In this document: positions 9,501 through 16,917 of the stretch, piece after piece
Numbering within the stretch: position 1 is the stretch's first letter
Layout of the letters: each line of letters starts with the position of its first letter
From: an uncultured Clostridia bacterium
GTDB lineage: Bacteria > Bacillota > Clostridia > Oscillospirales > CAG-272
Reading direction: 5' to 3'
DNA: 62,065 nucleotides
Assembly: GCA_946410595.1 (NCBI GenBank)
Contig: CAMKAU010000003.1
Span: forward strand, 1-62,065
The notes under the pieces: model-generated
Told to the model about the DNA's origin: nothing
The model's input: the letters and a program-made list of their open reading frames with translations, nothing else
Database searches by the model: none
Position numbers and translations under genes: made by a program

Positions 9501-12500
9501 CCGACGAAGACGGCGGCGTGCTCTGGGAGGTCTCCTTCCCCCGCGAGCTGCTCAACGATCTCGGCCGTACCCTCCGCTTCACCTATACCTTCACCGCGAA
9601 AAACGAGGGCGGCTCCACCGTGACCGAAACGCCGGTCGGCGCCGTTTTGAGCGAGGCGAACTCTCCGACGTGGTTCAAGACCTATCTCGGCGAACCGGAG
9701 CCGGAGACCCCGGCGCAGGACGCCGTTTTCGTCGACGGGCAGAACGGCTCCGACGCAAACGACGGGCTCACCGCCTCCTCGGCGGTCGCCAGCTACGGGC
9801 GGGCGTTCTCGCTGCTTACGCCGGAGCGTTCGACCGTCGTCGTGGTCAACACCGTTCCCGCGGCGGAAGATTTCGTTTTCCCCGCTTACGGCGGGACCGT
9901 GACGATCACCGGCCGATACGGGATCTTCGACTACGCGAAAAACAACAACGCGGGTCTTGAGATCCGTTCCTCCGCCTCCTTTTCCTCCGACGTGATCCTC
10001 GACGGGATCCGTCTCCTCGCGGAGAGCGACGGCGCAAAGATCTGCGCCCGCTTCCACAACGTGACCGTGACCGATACGGTCGTTTCGGTCGGAGAGAGGC
10101 CGTCCTTTGTCGGCGGTTATCTCGTCTCCGACCTCGCCCTCAACGCCGAGGGACACCTGACGGCGTCTGAGGTCAGCCACACCGGCAGCGTTACCTTCTC
10201 GATCTGCGGCGGAAGCTGGCGCAGCGTCGTCGGCGGCAACGTCCGGCTCGGGCAGAACGCTCCCGTCGGAACGGTGAACGGCTCGCTGACCCTCTCCCTC
10301 GGCGGCTCGGTCGAAGTGGAGTCCGGCGCGATCACAGACGATATCGGCGTCGATTACGTCGCCGCCTCCGGCGCGAATATCGCCAAGGGAGCGGTCACGC
10401 TGGAGATCACCGGCGGGACCTACAAGACCCCGGTTTACGCGATCGGACACCTCGGCAAGTATTATAATTTTACCGCCGCCAACGGCAAGACCGGGACCGA
10501 CGGACTGCAGGAGAGCTACGATACGCTCTATGACGCCGCGGTCAGCGTCCTGATCTCGGGCGGGGACTTTACCTCGCCGAAAGCGACGGAGATAAAAGCC
10601 CTCCAGGTCCCCGGAGAGACCGCGCTGCACGCGGACTGCGCCTTCACGGTCACGGGCGGCTCATTTGCGGATACGCTCGCCTTCTCCGCCCTCGGCGTCC
10701 TCGGAAACACGACCGCCGCCGGCGTTCCCGCCGGGCAGAGAACGGTAGACTTCCTCTCCGTCAACGGGGAGACGGTCGCCGAGCGCCACGTTCCGCGCCT
10801 TGCCTGCTGCGGAGACAGCATCACCTTCGGCACCGGTTTTACCGCGCAGGACGGGTATCTCGCCGTCAACTTCTCCTACCCGGCGCAGCTCCAGCGGCTT
10901 TACGGCGACACGGCCGTCGTCGGGAACTTCGGCTATCCCGGCTCGAACGTGACCTCAAGCTCCTACGCGAAATATTATCAGTCCCTTTGCTGGAATCTCC
11001 TTGAAGATTTCGATCCGGATTTCGTCCTCTTTGCGCTCGGGACCAACAACGCGTCTCTGATGCCGAACGGCCTTGCCGATTTCAAGAACAGCTATACCGC
11101 GATGTTCCGGGCTCTCCGCGAGACGTACCCGGAGGTCAAAGTCTTCATGACCACCGCCCTCTACCGCTTTGACAAAGCGGAGCGCACCGAGCAGGTCGAC
11201 AGTTATATCATCCCGGCGCAAAAGGAGATTTCCGCCCGTTTCTTCGGGTTTACCAAACTCGTCGATCTCAACACCCTCTTCCGTCCCTACGGCAGCACGA
11301 CCTATTATAAGGATAAACTGCACCCCAACAACCTCGGCTATTCCAAACTCGCCGATATCCTCTTTGAGACGCTCGATCTCACAGGCGCGTCCTTCTCCTC
11401 CTTCCCGCCGTCGGAGAGCGGCGACGGGATGGATATTTCCGCCGATGAACTGGAAAACTGGGACTCTCCGGTGCAGGCGTCCGGTACGGCTGCGCCCGCT
11501 CCCGTCTATGAGAGCGCGTTTTCCGATCCGAACGAGCTTTCCTCGCTGCGCGTCCTGTACGGCGGTTTTGAGGTGAAAAACGGCGCCCTTTACGCCTCCT
11601 CCGCGCTCTCCTCCGGTTATTCCACGCTTCTGCTTCCGACTGACACATTCGGCGATTTTATCGCCGAGTGTGATTTCCTCGGTCATATCCGCGGCGGCGG
11701 TCTGATCATCCGCTCCGACGGGGAGCGCGCCTCCTCGGCAAGCGACACCTCCTTTTACGGCTACCTTGCCTTCATCGGCAACGCCGGAGGGCTCGGCGCG
11801 CTCGGCTGCGCGGGCAGCGAGGGGACGTGGAGCGGCAACCTCTTCGTTTCTCCCTCCGACGTGACCGCGCCCGGCGCCGATCTGCATCTGCGCGTCCTCG
11901 CCGTCGGCAACGTCCTTCTCTACACCGTCACGGACAAGACGACGGGGGAGGAGGTCTTCCGCAGCATTTACCGCGTCGGCGACCATCCGAACGATACGAT
12001 CTCCGCGCTCTCCGGCCTTGTCGGGATCCGTCTGCTCAACGACGGCGGCGTCGGCCGGATCGACAACGTCAGCGTCCGCCCGCTGAAGAGTGCTGCCGAG
12101 GCGTTCCGTCTCCCGCAGGGGAACGCCTTTACCGCCGCCGCGACCCTTTCCTCGCAGGAGACGGTCACCCTCCTCGATCCGGACGGAAACGGACTCTTCC
12201 TTTGCTTTGACCCGGAAACCGACCGGATCCTGATCTTCCGGCGGGAAAACGGCTCTCTTACCCGGGCGGCGGAAACGGGGATCCCCCTCTCCGCGGGCGG
12301 GGAATACCCCTTCGGCGTTTCGCTTTCGGAGGGGATCTGCCGGATCTTCTTCGGATATACCGACTACCCGATCTATGAGACCGCCTGCCCGGCCGCCTCT
12401 TTGACGCTCTCCTCCTCCTTTGCGTTTTCCTCGGTGCTGGAGAAGGCGGAGACGGCGCCGGAGGAGACCTATCTCAACCCCGTCGCGTCCGGTCCCGACC

Positions 12501-14599
12501 CCGACGTTTACTTTGAAGACGGCGTTTACTATCTCTATACGCACCAGAACGGCGCCGTCCAGGCGCAGACCTCGACCGATCTCTGCCACTGGTCGGAGAT
12601 GCAGCCGGTTTATACCGTCGATCACAGCGTGACCGACATCACCGCCTATATGAGCCCCAACGTCTTCAAGAGCGGCGATACCTACTATCTTCTGATCGCT
12701 TCGAAGACAAGGACTCTGACCGAACACCGCGTCCGCTACGCGACCGCCTCCTCTCCCCTCGGGCCGTTTACGATGGCGGGCGAGGATTCCTTTGTCAACG
12801 ATGTGCAGGAGATCGGCGGCGCGCCCTTTATCGACGAGGACGGAAAGATCTACCTGACCACCGTCCGATTCGGCGGCGGCAACCACGTTTATATCCAGGA
12901 GATCCGGGCGGAAAACGGCGTGATCACGCCGGTCACGCCGGGGACGCCCGTCATCAGCCCGAGCGAGTATTACGAGTGCGACCCCTACGAGGGCAGCGCC
13001 TCCTACGCAAAGATCTGCGAGGGCGGCGTGATCACCAAGCATAACGGGCTCTACTATATGCTCTACGCCTCCGGCCACTACAAAGGGCATTACGGGGAGG
13101 CGTGCGCCGTCAGCGAGAATATCTACGGCCCGTATACGAAGGTCGGCTATAACGAGGTCCTCTCCTATACCGATGAGGCGGACGGCGTCGGCGATTGCGT
13201 CTTTGTCCGCTCGCCCGACGGCAGCGAGCTCTTCGTGATGTATCACCGCCATACCGTCATCGGCAACGCGGGAACGGTCCGCAGCATCTGCATCGACCGC
13301 GTCGTCTTCGAGCGGGACGAAAACGGCGGACCGGACATTCTCCGGATCGTCGGTCCGACGAGCACCCCGCAGCCCGCCCCGTCGAGTCTTTGCTTTGAGA
13401 GCAGCTTTTCCACCGTAACGGATCAGGTGCGCGGCGTTCCGTATTCCCGGATCTACGTGCTGCAGGACGGGCGCTTCCTCTGCGTCTGGACCGAGCGGGA
13501 GCGGACGACCGAGATCCCCCGCATGATGGGGGCGTTCAGCTCCGATAAGGGAGAGACCTGGACCGCTCCGCGCGAGCTCTACCGGGACGGCGACCCCGAC
13601 AAGACCCTTGCCAACGCGGACATCATCCAGCTGGAGCCGACCGGCGGCGCCGCGTACGGCGAGATCCTGATCGCCTACCGCGCAAACGACACCTTCGTTC
13701 CGCGGACCGCCGCGGAGGCGTGCGATTACGCTTCCTCGATCCGCGTGATCTCCAGCACGGACAACGGCGAGACCTTCCACGCGCACTCGGTCGTGCGGGA
13801 GGAGTTTGAGGAGAACGTTTACGGCTCGGTCGGGCTCTGGGAGCCGTGCTTTGGCTACCTGAACGGCAAGCTGACCTGCATCTACGCCGTCGGGATGTCT
13901 CTTTCCACCGGTAAGATCGCCAGCACCGATATTTCCGAGTGGAACGGGCAGGCGTGGGTGAAAAACGAGACCTATCAGGCGGCGGAGGGGACCTTCTGCT
14001 CCGGGAAAAACGGGATGCCGATCTGGCAGCCGCTTGCCGGCGGCGGCTATCTCTGCGCGGTCGAGACCAACCGCTATAAAACGACCCGCGGCAATATCCT
14101 GCTGCCGTATCTGCTCTATTCCGCCGACGGGGTGCTCTGGCGCGACCTGACCTGCGCCCACTTCCCGGAGACCGGGCAGGGGATCTGCGGCGCGCCCTAC
14201 TGCGTCGAGCTGCCGGACGGCAGACTGGCGATCGCCTTCCAGTCAAACGAGGACGCGCTGGCGGACGGCAGCGCGGTGATGAGCGCCTCCGATCCGACAA
14301 AAGCGGAAAACTCCAACAACGACAAGGCGATCCGCGTCGTCTTCAGCAAAAAGAGCGTCGCGGAACTCCTCAAGATGTCGATCCCCGATCCCGCCGCTTC
14401 CACCCTCGAGGAGCAGGAGCGCTTCGTCTCCGATAACTTTACCGAGCCCGTCACGGTGCTTACCTACACGGCGGGCGTCAAGCAGAACTGGGCGGGTATG
14501 TTCCTTGACGACGGGTATCTCTACCTCTATTTCGGAACGAACCAAACCGTTCCCTACGGCGACATCGTCCTGACCCACACGCCCGTCCCGGGCGCGTGA
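3575..14599 (+). CDS. Giant secreted multi-domain glycan-active protein (3,674 aa). Module order: three Asp-box (sialidase-superfamily) beta-propellers, GLUG-repeat beta-helix, two pectate-lyase-like beta-helices, CBM9-like, SGNH esterase, LamG/DUF1080-like and GH43.
   Basis: Single uninterrupted ORF. AAGGAG RBS 6 nt upstream. Sec signal peptide MKKRKLVLLSLVLALLLSAGALSAIVFG. Module motifs are listed in the sub-features below. Confidence 0.9.
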   Translation: MKKRKLVLLSLVLALLLSAGALSAIVFGSGAASAVPVMETPVALPAGSYPRMTRLSTGALMVYAGHNEYISFDSGETYTQRTSDLHLNAASSITTGTMTHNGMDRANTQAIELSDGSMMMAYRTHTHTPADYQEGDEFYTSIRVMTRSAEDNFFSYDNEEILIERTVTVKHGFWEPFLLQLDENTVAMYYADDLTPRTERGSSSWYQDISVMTYDIPTKTWNKTPRICLDGIEHASRDGMPIVARLYDGSGYVLAIEGWIDGGSNLEIELWFSQDGLTNWTNRTVVARSNTKGYNCAVPGVAVLPDGRLAVSFQEPLSAIGRTLLNGEVAYNGTPHVVLSSGPVTFASSASLASATTSGSTACYRLSSSFSTEVALPLDYGEYDQPGTADDTYYCAWNSVYCANGYLYFCGSVGHNVQNGETVKAVSDGVQICRAPVAGADTPDPLAAAEGWDAFHISIPDQLFRLMNDPGAWGIDCVLDCDIDLSQAASSLSQSPIGTSASKPFTGTFDGRGHTVSGLDLESNETTLSGTGLGLFGYVKNATVRDLGAEGELRIAQRYAGMVGRSLDSDLIGLRSSLTLRFLSSQESGVTKLSHAGGVVGYFTVDGAATRHKQVSGCVFDGIFTGEASTISRSGGVIGLIDFGSGTKVSATVSDCRNTGTVSGGSRLGGVIGAVYNPSPNAGADLTVTRCQNEGTVTAVATTDGFCGGIVGLLQNGSSCAGMTSLLGSVNAGTVSGVLNVAGIAGGAVSDSAQLSVARCANTGAVSSTRTAALSGTGAIVGKARGVEVRDCEARGSVTGAASADVGGLIGYAAYNGSSQTNSVSLCRNYAALTLSAAGSALSGGAQSGATVSFADFYLAEGAGASSSDAVVLPVTADPAEYHHFDFEAVWTMTENGPALRDFAGGYAEPLSRGTPESYAVRYVCDAGDDANDGLTPASPLATLPAAARQLTGGGVIVVCGPLTVTNASLAANSVYPVTVTSYYNGADYRAGGNAANDARFIAATSITAAANGYYGLRFNGDYTLENLDLVWSGSNPAFILAYHNFRIASSVFSVTADPADAETASKNGILLLGMNTSETSAAVITRDQTVVLEGDCSYNWIRAGGRNGTDETYSGRMTIRHAYGDVLAPVPSASAAHTASGASLLGHNNWDGAKIVYDFSGGTIRGDLFVLGYTSQRVSSAKASVEVNFLGGRVLGDVVVRQNPAYPALLSGTVEINVPDGAPFSRLDTAGTDGVDFCVRAAEDWLDRLDFSGAAAEGKLCFVTDAASRAASASWLMLARTGTEENILDLQGFQIRDNENGAALRAVFRLLGSFAEDYMDYRTVEFGVLVKNAENPIPFRYFPGGGQYGDETADTGHDANLQLSTRQFKTLNYLCSAQTGSAVVLDYFYDPEESDLVTFAAAVRFADEETIALYARKGFAFCPYAVLCDGEGNLVTLAGGTVSASLYDLAASLHEKPGVSAESAAIAESVVNRCRRITPAEELNTVSVPGSHAGEAAGQATVEYDYRTYAELDTGSAGLGVTACYYPRVKQMKDGRYILFYQNGQVSGNMYCATGDTPQSFSGKTIIFRSYDTTLPDGTADSVRFSSGDALVLSNGDILAVTALRINHDYTQNVAGGGLVLSRSTDNGKTWSKARLIYTGNCWEPHLIELPDGEVQIYFTHIAPKWYYDTYRSERRSSGVGLIRSYDAGESWTPYVTEPPYAAERVMQQYVTTLYGVRHFTDQMPVACLLADGTLAVAAESKQADNSTFKISLGYSDDNWATGLGYDETGPAERLDNFVTGAGPYLAAFPSGETLLSYNRSNTMIVRTGDAGARAFGGESTVFGTNGYWGSLFVDGTHSAVAAFPSVSGNTSSIRTVTLRLNHALFANEASPVIDGYIADWLSNTDAVFLGAKTQAQVTVRTAYDAENAYFLIERSDRALRLSDTVTLYLPAAGGGTYTLALDPAGTVALYKDGTPVSFTGACAVFTDGTFDNPSDEDGGVLWEVSFPRELLNDLGRTLRFTYTFTAKNEGGSTVTETPVGAVLSEANSPTWFKTYLGEPEPETPAQDAVFVDGQNGSDANDGLTASSAVASYGRAFSLLTPERSTVVVVNTVPAAEDFVFPAYGGTVTITGRYGIFDYAKNNNAGLEIRSSASFSSDVILDGIRLLAESDGAKICARFHNVTVTDTVVSVGERPSFVGGYLVSDLALNAEGHLTASEVSHTGSVTFSICGGSWRSVVGGNVRLGQNAPVGTVNGSLTLSLGGSVEVESGAITDDIGVDYVAASGANIAKGAVTLEITGGTYKTPVYAIGHLGKYYNFTAANGKTGTDGLQESYDTLYDAAVSVLISGGDFTSPKATEIKALQVPGETALHADCAFTVTGGSFADTLAFSALGVLGNTTAAGVPAGQRTVDFLSVNGETVAERHVPRLACCGDSITFGTGFTAQDGYLAVNFSYPAQLQRLYGDTAVVGNFGYPGSNVTSSSYAKYYQSLCWNLLEDFDPDFVLFALGTNNASLMPNGLADFKNSYTAMFRALRETYPEVKVFMTTALYRFDKAERTEQVDSYIIPAQKEISARFFGFTKLVDLNTLFRPYGSTTYYKDKLHPNNLGYSKLADILFETLDLTGASFSSFPPSESGDGMDISADELENWDSPVQASGTAAPAPVYESAFSDPNELSSLRVLYGGFEVKNGALYASSALSSGYSTLLLPTDTFGDFIAECDFLGHIRGGGLIIRSDGERASSASDTSFYGYLAFIGNAGGLGALGCAGSEGTWSGNLFVSPSDVTAPGADLHLRVLAVGNVLLYTVTDKTTGEEVFRSIYRVGDHPNDTISALSGLVGIRLLNDGGVGRIDNVSVRPLKSAAEAFRLPQGNAFTAAATLSSQETVTLLDPDGNGLFLCFDPETDRILIFRRENGSLTRAAETGIPLSAGGEYPFGVSLSEGICRIFFGYTDYPIYETACPAASLTLSSSFAFSSVLEKAETAPEETYLNPVASGPDPDVYFEDGVYYLYTHQNGAVQAQTSTDLCHWSEMQPVYTVDHSVTDITAYMSPNVFKSGDTYYLLIASKTRTLTEHRVRYATASSPLGPFTMAGEDSFVNDVQEIGGAPFIDEDGKIYLTTVRFGGGNHVYIQEIRAENGVITPVTPGTPVISPSEYYECDPYEGSASYAKICEGGVITKHNGLYYMLYASGHYKGHYGEACAVSENIYGPYTKVGYNEVLSYTDEADGVGDCVFVRSPDGSELFVMYHRHTVIGNAGTVRSICIDRVVFERDENGGPDILRIVGPTSTPQPAPSSLCFESSFSTVTDQVRGVPYSRIYVLQDGRFLCVWTERERTTEIPRMMGAFSSDKGETWTAPRELYRDGDPDKTLANADIIQLEPTGGAAYGEILIAYRANDTFVPRTAAEACDYASSIRVISSTDNGETFHAHSVVREEFEENVYGSVGLWEPCFGYLNGKLTCIYAVGMSLSTGKIASTDISEWNGQAWVKNETYQAAEGTFCSGKNGMPIWQPLAGGGYLCAVETNRYKTTRGNILLPYLLYSADGVLWRDLTCAHFPETGQGICGAPYCVELPDGRLAIAFQSNEDALADGSAVMSASDPTKAENSNNDKAIRVVFSKKSVAELLKMSIPDPAASTLEEQERFVSDNFTEPVTVLTYTAGVKQNWAGMFLDDGYLYLYFGTNQTVPYGDIVLTHTPVPGA
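3690..4890 (+). other. Module 1 of the giant protein: Asp-box beta-propeller (sialidase superfamily), paralogous to CDS 34022..35695
   Basis: Motifs YPRMTRLSTG, Asp-box SFDSGETY, EFYTSIRVMTRS, HGFWEP, SRDGMPIV and PGVAVLPDGRLAVSFQE. All have near-identical counterparts in the 557-aa stand-alone protein. Confidence 0.7.
4925..6080 (+). other. Module 2: GLUG-motif repeat beta-helix
   Basis: FTGTFDGRGHTVSGL followed by repeated GG(V/I/L)(V/I)G units (AGGVVGY, SGGVIGL, LGGVIGA, CGGIVGL, VGGLIGY) at roughly 30-aa periodicity with N(T/E)G(T/A)V turns. Confidence 0.65.
6329..7330 (+). other. Module 3: right-handed beta-helix (pectate-lyase-like) A
   Basis: N-cap YVCDAGDDANDGLTPASPLATL...GGVIVVCGPLTV. 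It resembles the N-terminal module of CDS 19071..21929. Confidence 0.5.
8090..9170 (+). other. Module 4: second Asp-box beta-propeller
   Basis: YYPRVKQMKDGRYILFYQ; Asp-boxes SRSTDNGKTWS and RSYDAGESWT; WEPHLIELPDGEV. Confidence 0.7.
9178..9690 (+). other. Module 5: CBM9/DOMON-like beta-sandwich (tentative)
   Basis: PVIDGYIADWLSNTDAVFLGAKTQAQVTVRTAYDAENAYFLIERSD fits the pattern typical of CBM9-like domains. Confidence 0.4.
9720..10780 (+). other. Module 6: right-handed beta-helix B
   Basis: VFVDGQNGSDANDGLTASSAVASY...TVVVVNTV followed by GG-rich turn repeats (ICGGSW, ITGGTY, ISGGDF, VTGGSF). Confidence 0.5.
10790..11380 (+). other. Module 7: SGNH/GDSL-family hydrolase (carbohydrate esterase-like)
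   Basis: Block I CCGDSITFG, block II FGYPGS, block III ALGTNN and block V DKLHPN are all present in order. Confidence 0.75.
11545..12085 (+). other. Module 8: concanavalin/LamG (DUF1080-like) jelly-roll
   Basis: FEVKNGALYAS...FGDFIAECDFLGHIRGGGLIIRSD...LRVLAVGNVLLYTV...GRIDNVSV. It resembles the N-terminus of CDS 17564..19018. Confidence 0.5.
12467..13385 (+). other. Module 9: GH43-family five-bladed propeller
   Basis: NPVASGPDPDVYFEDGVYYLYT (base Asp), FIDEDGKIYL (pKa-modulating Asp), CEGGVITKHNGLYYMLYA (acid Glu) and ICIDRVVFE...GPTSTPQP. Confidence 0.75.
13400..14596 (+). other. Module 10: third Asp-box beta-propeller
   Basis: Asp-boxes FSSDKGETWT and SSTDNGETFH; LWEPCFGYLNGKL; VELPDGRLAIAFQS. 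Confidence 0.65.
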
Positions 14600-14604
14600 G
14601 AAAC

Positions 14605-14644
14605 AAAAAAACGCTTCGGCTCTCCAGAGCCGAAGCGTTTTTTT
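14605..14644. terminator. Bidirectional intrinsic terminator between convergent genes
   Basis: AAAAAAACGCTTCGGCTC tcca GAGCCGAAGCGTTTTTTT. It lies exactly between the stop at 14599 and the minus-strand stop at 14646. Confidence 0.8.
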
Positions 14645-14645
14645 G

Positions 14646-15038
14646 TCAGTCCAGCGTGACCGGCGCGGCGGTGAAGGAGCAGAGAACGCCGACGGGGTTT
14701 TTGAGAGAGAGGACCTCAAAGATCCCGTCCCCGACGCGGTACATTCCGCCAAGCTCCGGGTAGTCCCGCAGCATCGCCGCCCGCGCTTCGTCCCGGTCGT
14801 CGCGGACGAGCTCTCCCGTCACGCGGATCCATTCGCCCTCCCCGGTCATGCCGGAGATCTCCACCTTCGGATTGGCGGCGATCTGCGCGTAGCAGGGCTT
14901 TTTGTTGTTCGTGCAGAGATAGATCCTGCCCTCAAACTCCGCCACGGCGCCGAAGGGGCGCACCCGCGGCTGATCCCCCTCCGCCGTCGCCACGAAAAAG
15001 ACGCCGGCTTTTTTCAGGTATTCCGTGATCTTGTGCAT
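14646..15038 (-). CDS. Pyridoxamine 5'-phosphate oxidase-family (FMN-binding split-barrel) protein
   Basis: VFFVATAEGDQPRVRPFGAV...IYLCTNNKKPCYAQIAANPKVEISG. AAGGAG RBS 7 nt upstream. Confidence 0.75.
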   Translation of the reverse strand: MHKITEYLKKAGVFFVATAEGDQPRVRPFGAVAEFEGRIYLCTNNKKPCYAQIAANPKVEISGMTGEGEWIRVTGELVRDDRDEARAAMLRDYPELGGMYRVGDGIFEVLSLKNPVGVLCSFTAAPVTLD

Positions 15039-15097
15039 AGGTTTCTCCTTTTCTTATCGTTTCTCCGCTTTCATTGTAGCAGATCCGCTGTTTCGCG

Positions 15098-15355
15098 TCA
15101 AGAAAAAGAGCGCCGTCTTTTTTGCTCAAAGAGCGCGGCGGAGGCGCGCAGTGGTCCGTTTTGCCGCGCCGGGATCCGCCAGATCTTCTCCGGCCGCAGC
15201 CGCGCCGCCGCGCGGGCGAAAAAGGCCTTCAATTCATAGCGGAAATAGATCCCGCAGACGGCGAGGTCGAGCAAAAGCCCCAGCGCGATCTCAAGCCACA
15301 GGGGCGCCCCCAGAAAGTCAAAGAGCCCCGCAAAGAATAAAAATCCGAGTATCAT
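15098..15355 (-). CDS. Small hypothetical membrane protein (85 aa)
   Basis: Internal ATG at 15355 has AAGGAG 8 nt upstream. Two hydrophobic helices (MILGFLFFAGLFDFLGAPLWLEIALGLLLDLAVCGIYF). The longer track ORF start is unsupported. Confidence 0.45.
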   Translation of the reverse strand: MILGFLFFAGLFDFLGAPLWLEIALGLLLDLAVCGIYFRYELKAFFARAAARLRPEKIWRIPARQNGPLRASAALFEQKRRRSFS

Positions 15356-15454
15356 TTTGTTTTCTCCTTTCCTCTTTTGCGGCTTGCGCCGCCTTCCTTC
15401 CGTCCCTATCTTAACGGAAGAAGTGTCCGATAAAACGGACTCGAAAACGGAAAA

Positions 15455-15488
15455 CAAAAAGATCCGCTCCCGGAAAGGGGAGCGGATC
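15455..15488 (-). terminator. Intrinsic terminator downstream of malQ
   Basis: Minus strand reads GATCCGCTCCC ctttcc GGGAGCGGATC followed by TTTTTG. Confidence 0.65.
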
Positions 15489-15492
15489 GTTT

Positions 15493-16917
15493 TCAGTTGC
15501 CGGCAAGACGGCCGGAAAGACGGTTGAGATAGCGCCACCAGCCGCGGTCCAGACCGTCTGTCGCGCCTTTTTCCAGCCGGAAGCGCCAGCAGCCGTCCGG
15601 TACGCCGGGGACGTTCATCCGCGCGTCCGAGCCGTAAAAGAGCAGATCCTGGATCGGGAAGACGACCGTGTCCGCGGGGGAAACGAGGAGTTCGCGCATC
15701 AGCGCCATGCAGCCCGCCCGCTCGTCCTCGCCCTGATACCCGGCGTAGGCAAAGGCGTGGCGGCGCTTCTCCGGCGAAAGGGACCGGACCCAGCCGAGGA
15801 GGGTGTCGTTGTCGTGCGTGCCGCTGTACGCCGCCGCGTTTTCGGGATAACGGTAGGGAAGATGGGCGTCCCGCGGGTCGCCGTAAAAATCGGCAAACTG
15901 GAGCACCCGCATCCCGGGGAGCCCCGCTTCGTCAAGAAAGGCGCGGAGAGAGAGGGTGGAAACGCCGAGATCCTCCGCAAGGATCCCGCCGTCCCCCGCC
16001 GCTTCGCGGATCGCGCTCACAAACGGCATCCCGGGGCCTTTTTTCCAGCGGCCCTCTTTTGCCGTTTTCGCGTTCGCGGGGATCGCGTAGTACGCTTCGA
16101 TCGCCCGGAAGTGGTCGATACGCAGCTCGTCGAAGAAGGAAAAGCAGAAGCGGATCCGCTCGCGCCACCAGGCAAAGCCGTCCGCCCGCATCCGTTCCCA
16201 GTCGTAGAGGGGGTTGCCCCAGAGCTGCCCCTCGGCGGAAAAGAGATCGGGCGGGACGCCGGCGACCTCGGTCGGCCGCCGCTTTTTATCAAGGCGGAAA
16301 AGCTCCGGGTGGAGCGCGGCGTCGCAGCTCTCCCCGTCCACGTAGATCGGAATATCGCCGAGGATCTTCACGCCCTTTTCTTTTGCGTAGGCGCGGACCG
16401 TTTTCCATTGCTGCGCGAACTCGTAAGCGCAGAAAAGAAGCCGGAACGCCGCGTTTTTCTCCCCGGGAAAACGCCGCTCTGCCGCCCATTCGCAGTATTC
16501 GCGCTGTTTTTCTTCCCGCTCGGCAAAAGAGAGGATCCTGTTTCTTTCACCTGCGTCCGCCCGGTCCGCCGCGGAAAAGAGGAGAGGAAGGCGCTCCCGC
16601 GCCAGCCGCTCGAACTCCGCCCGGAAGGGGGCGTTTTGCCGCGCGCCGGCGAGCTCTGCGTCGGTCAGCAGTCCCTTGTCCCGCAGGATCTCCGGATCGA
16701 TCAGATAGGGATTTACGCTGAAGGCGGAGGGGGATTTATAGGGGGAGCCGCCGGCGTCCGTTTCACAGAAGGGAAGGACCTGCCAGAGGGAAAACCCGCA
16801 CCCGGCGAGAAGATCCAGAAAGGAAAGCGCCTCCCGGCCGAAGGTCCCGCAGCCGTAATCCCCGGGCAGGGAGGAGACGTGCAGCAATACGCCGCTGCGG
16901 CGCGCGGACTTACGCAT
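15493..16917 (-). CDS. malQ: 4-alpha-glucanotransferase (amylomaltase, GH77)
   Basis: SGVLLHVSSLPGDYGCGTFG...WQVLPF...SPYKSPSAFSVNPYLID. The ATG at 16917 overlaps the upstream gene by 8 nt; the track start at 16923 is a TTG. Confidence 0.9.
   Translation of the reverse strand: MRKSARRSGVLLHVSSLPGDYGCGTFGREALSFLDLLAGCGFSLWQVLPFCETDAGGSPYKSPSAFSVNPYLIDPEILRDKGLLTDAELAGARQNAPFRAEFERLARERLPLLFSAADRADAGERNRILSFAEREEKQREYCEWAAERRFPGEKNAAFRLLFCAYEFAQQWKTVRAYAKEKGVKILGDIPIYVDGESCDAALHPELFRLDKKRRPTEVAGVPPDLFSAEGQLWGNPLYDWERMRADGFAWWRERIRFCFSFFDELRIDHFRAIEAYYAIPANAKTAKEGRWKKGPGMPFVSAIREAAGDGGILAEDLGVSTLSLRAFLDEAGLPGMRVLQFADFYGDPRDAHLPYRYPENAAAYSGTHDNDTLLGWVRSLSPEKRRHAFAYAGYQGEDERAGCMALMRELLVSPADTVVFPIQDLLFYGSDARMNVPGVPDGCWRFRLEKGATDGLDRGWWRYLNRLSGRLAGN

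Noticed and set aside
3575-14599. Possibility that the 11-kb ORF is several adjacent genes merged by missing stops or mis-assembly of paralogous GH genes
   Set aside because: The frame is constant, codon bias looks uniform, there are no internal SD-ATG-signal-peptide restarts, and the modules are joined by short linkers. It is kept as one gene, but read-level verification is recommended because paralogous modules exist elsewhere in the window.
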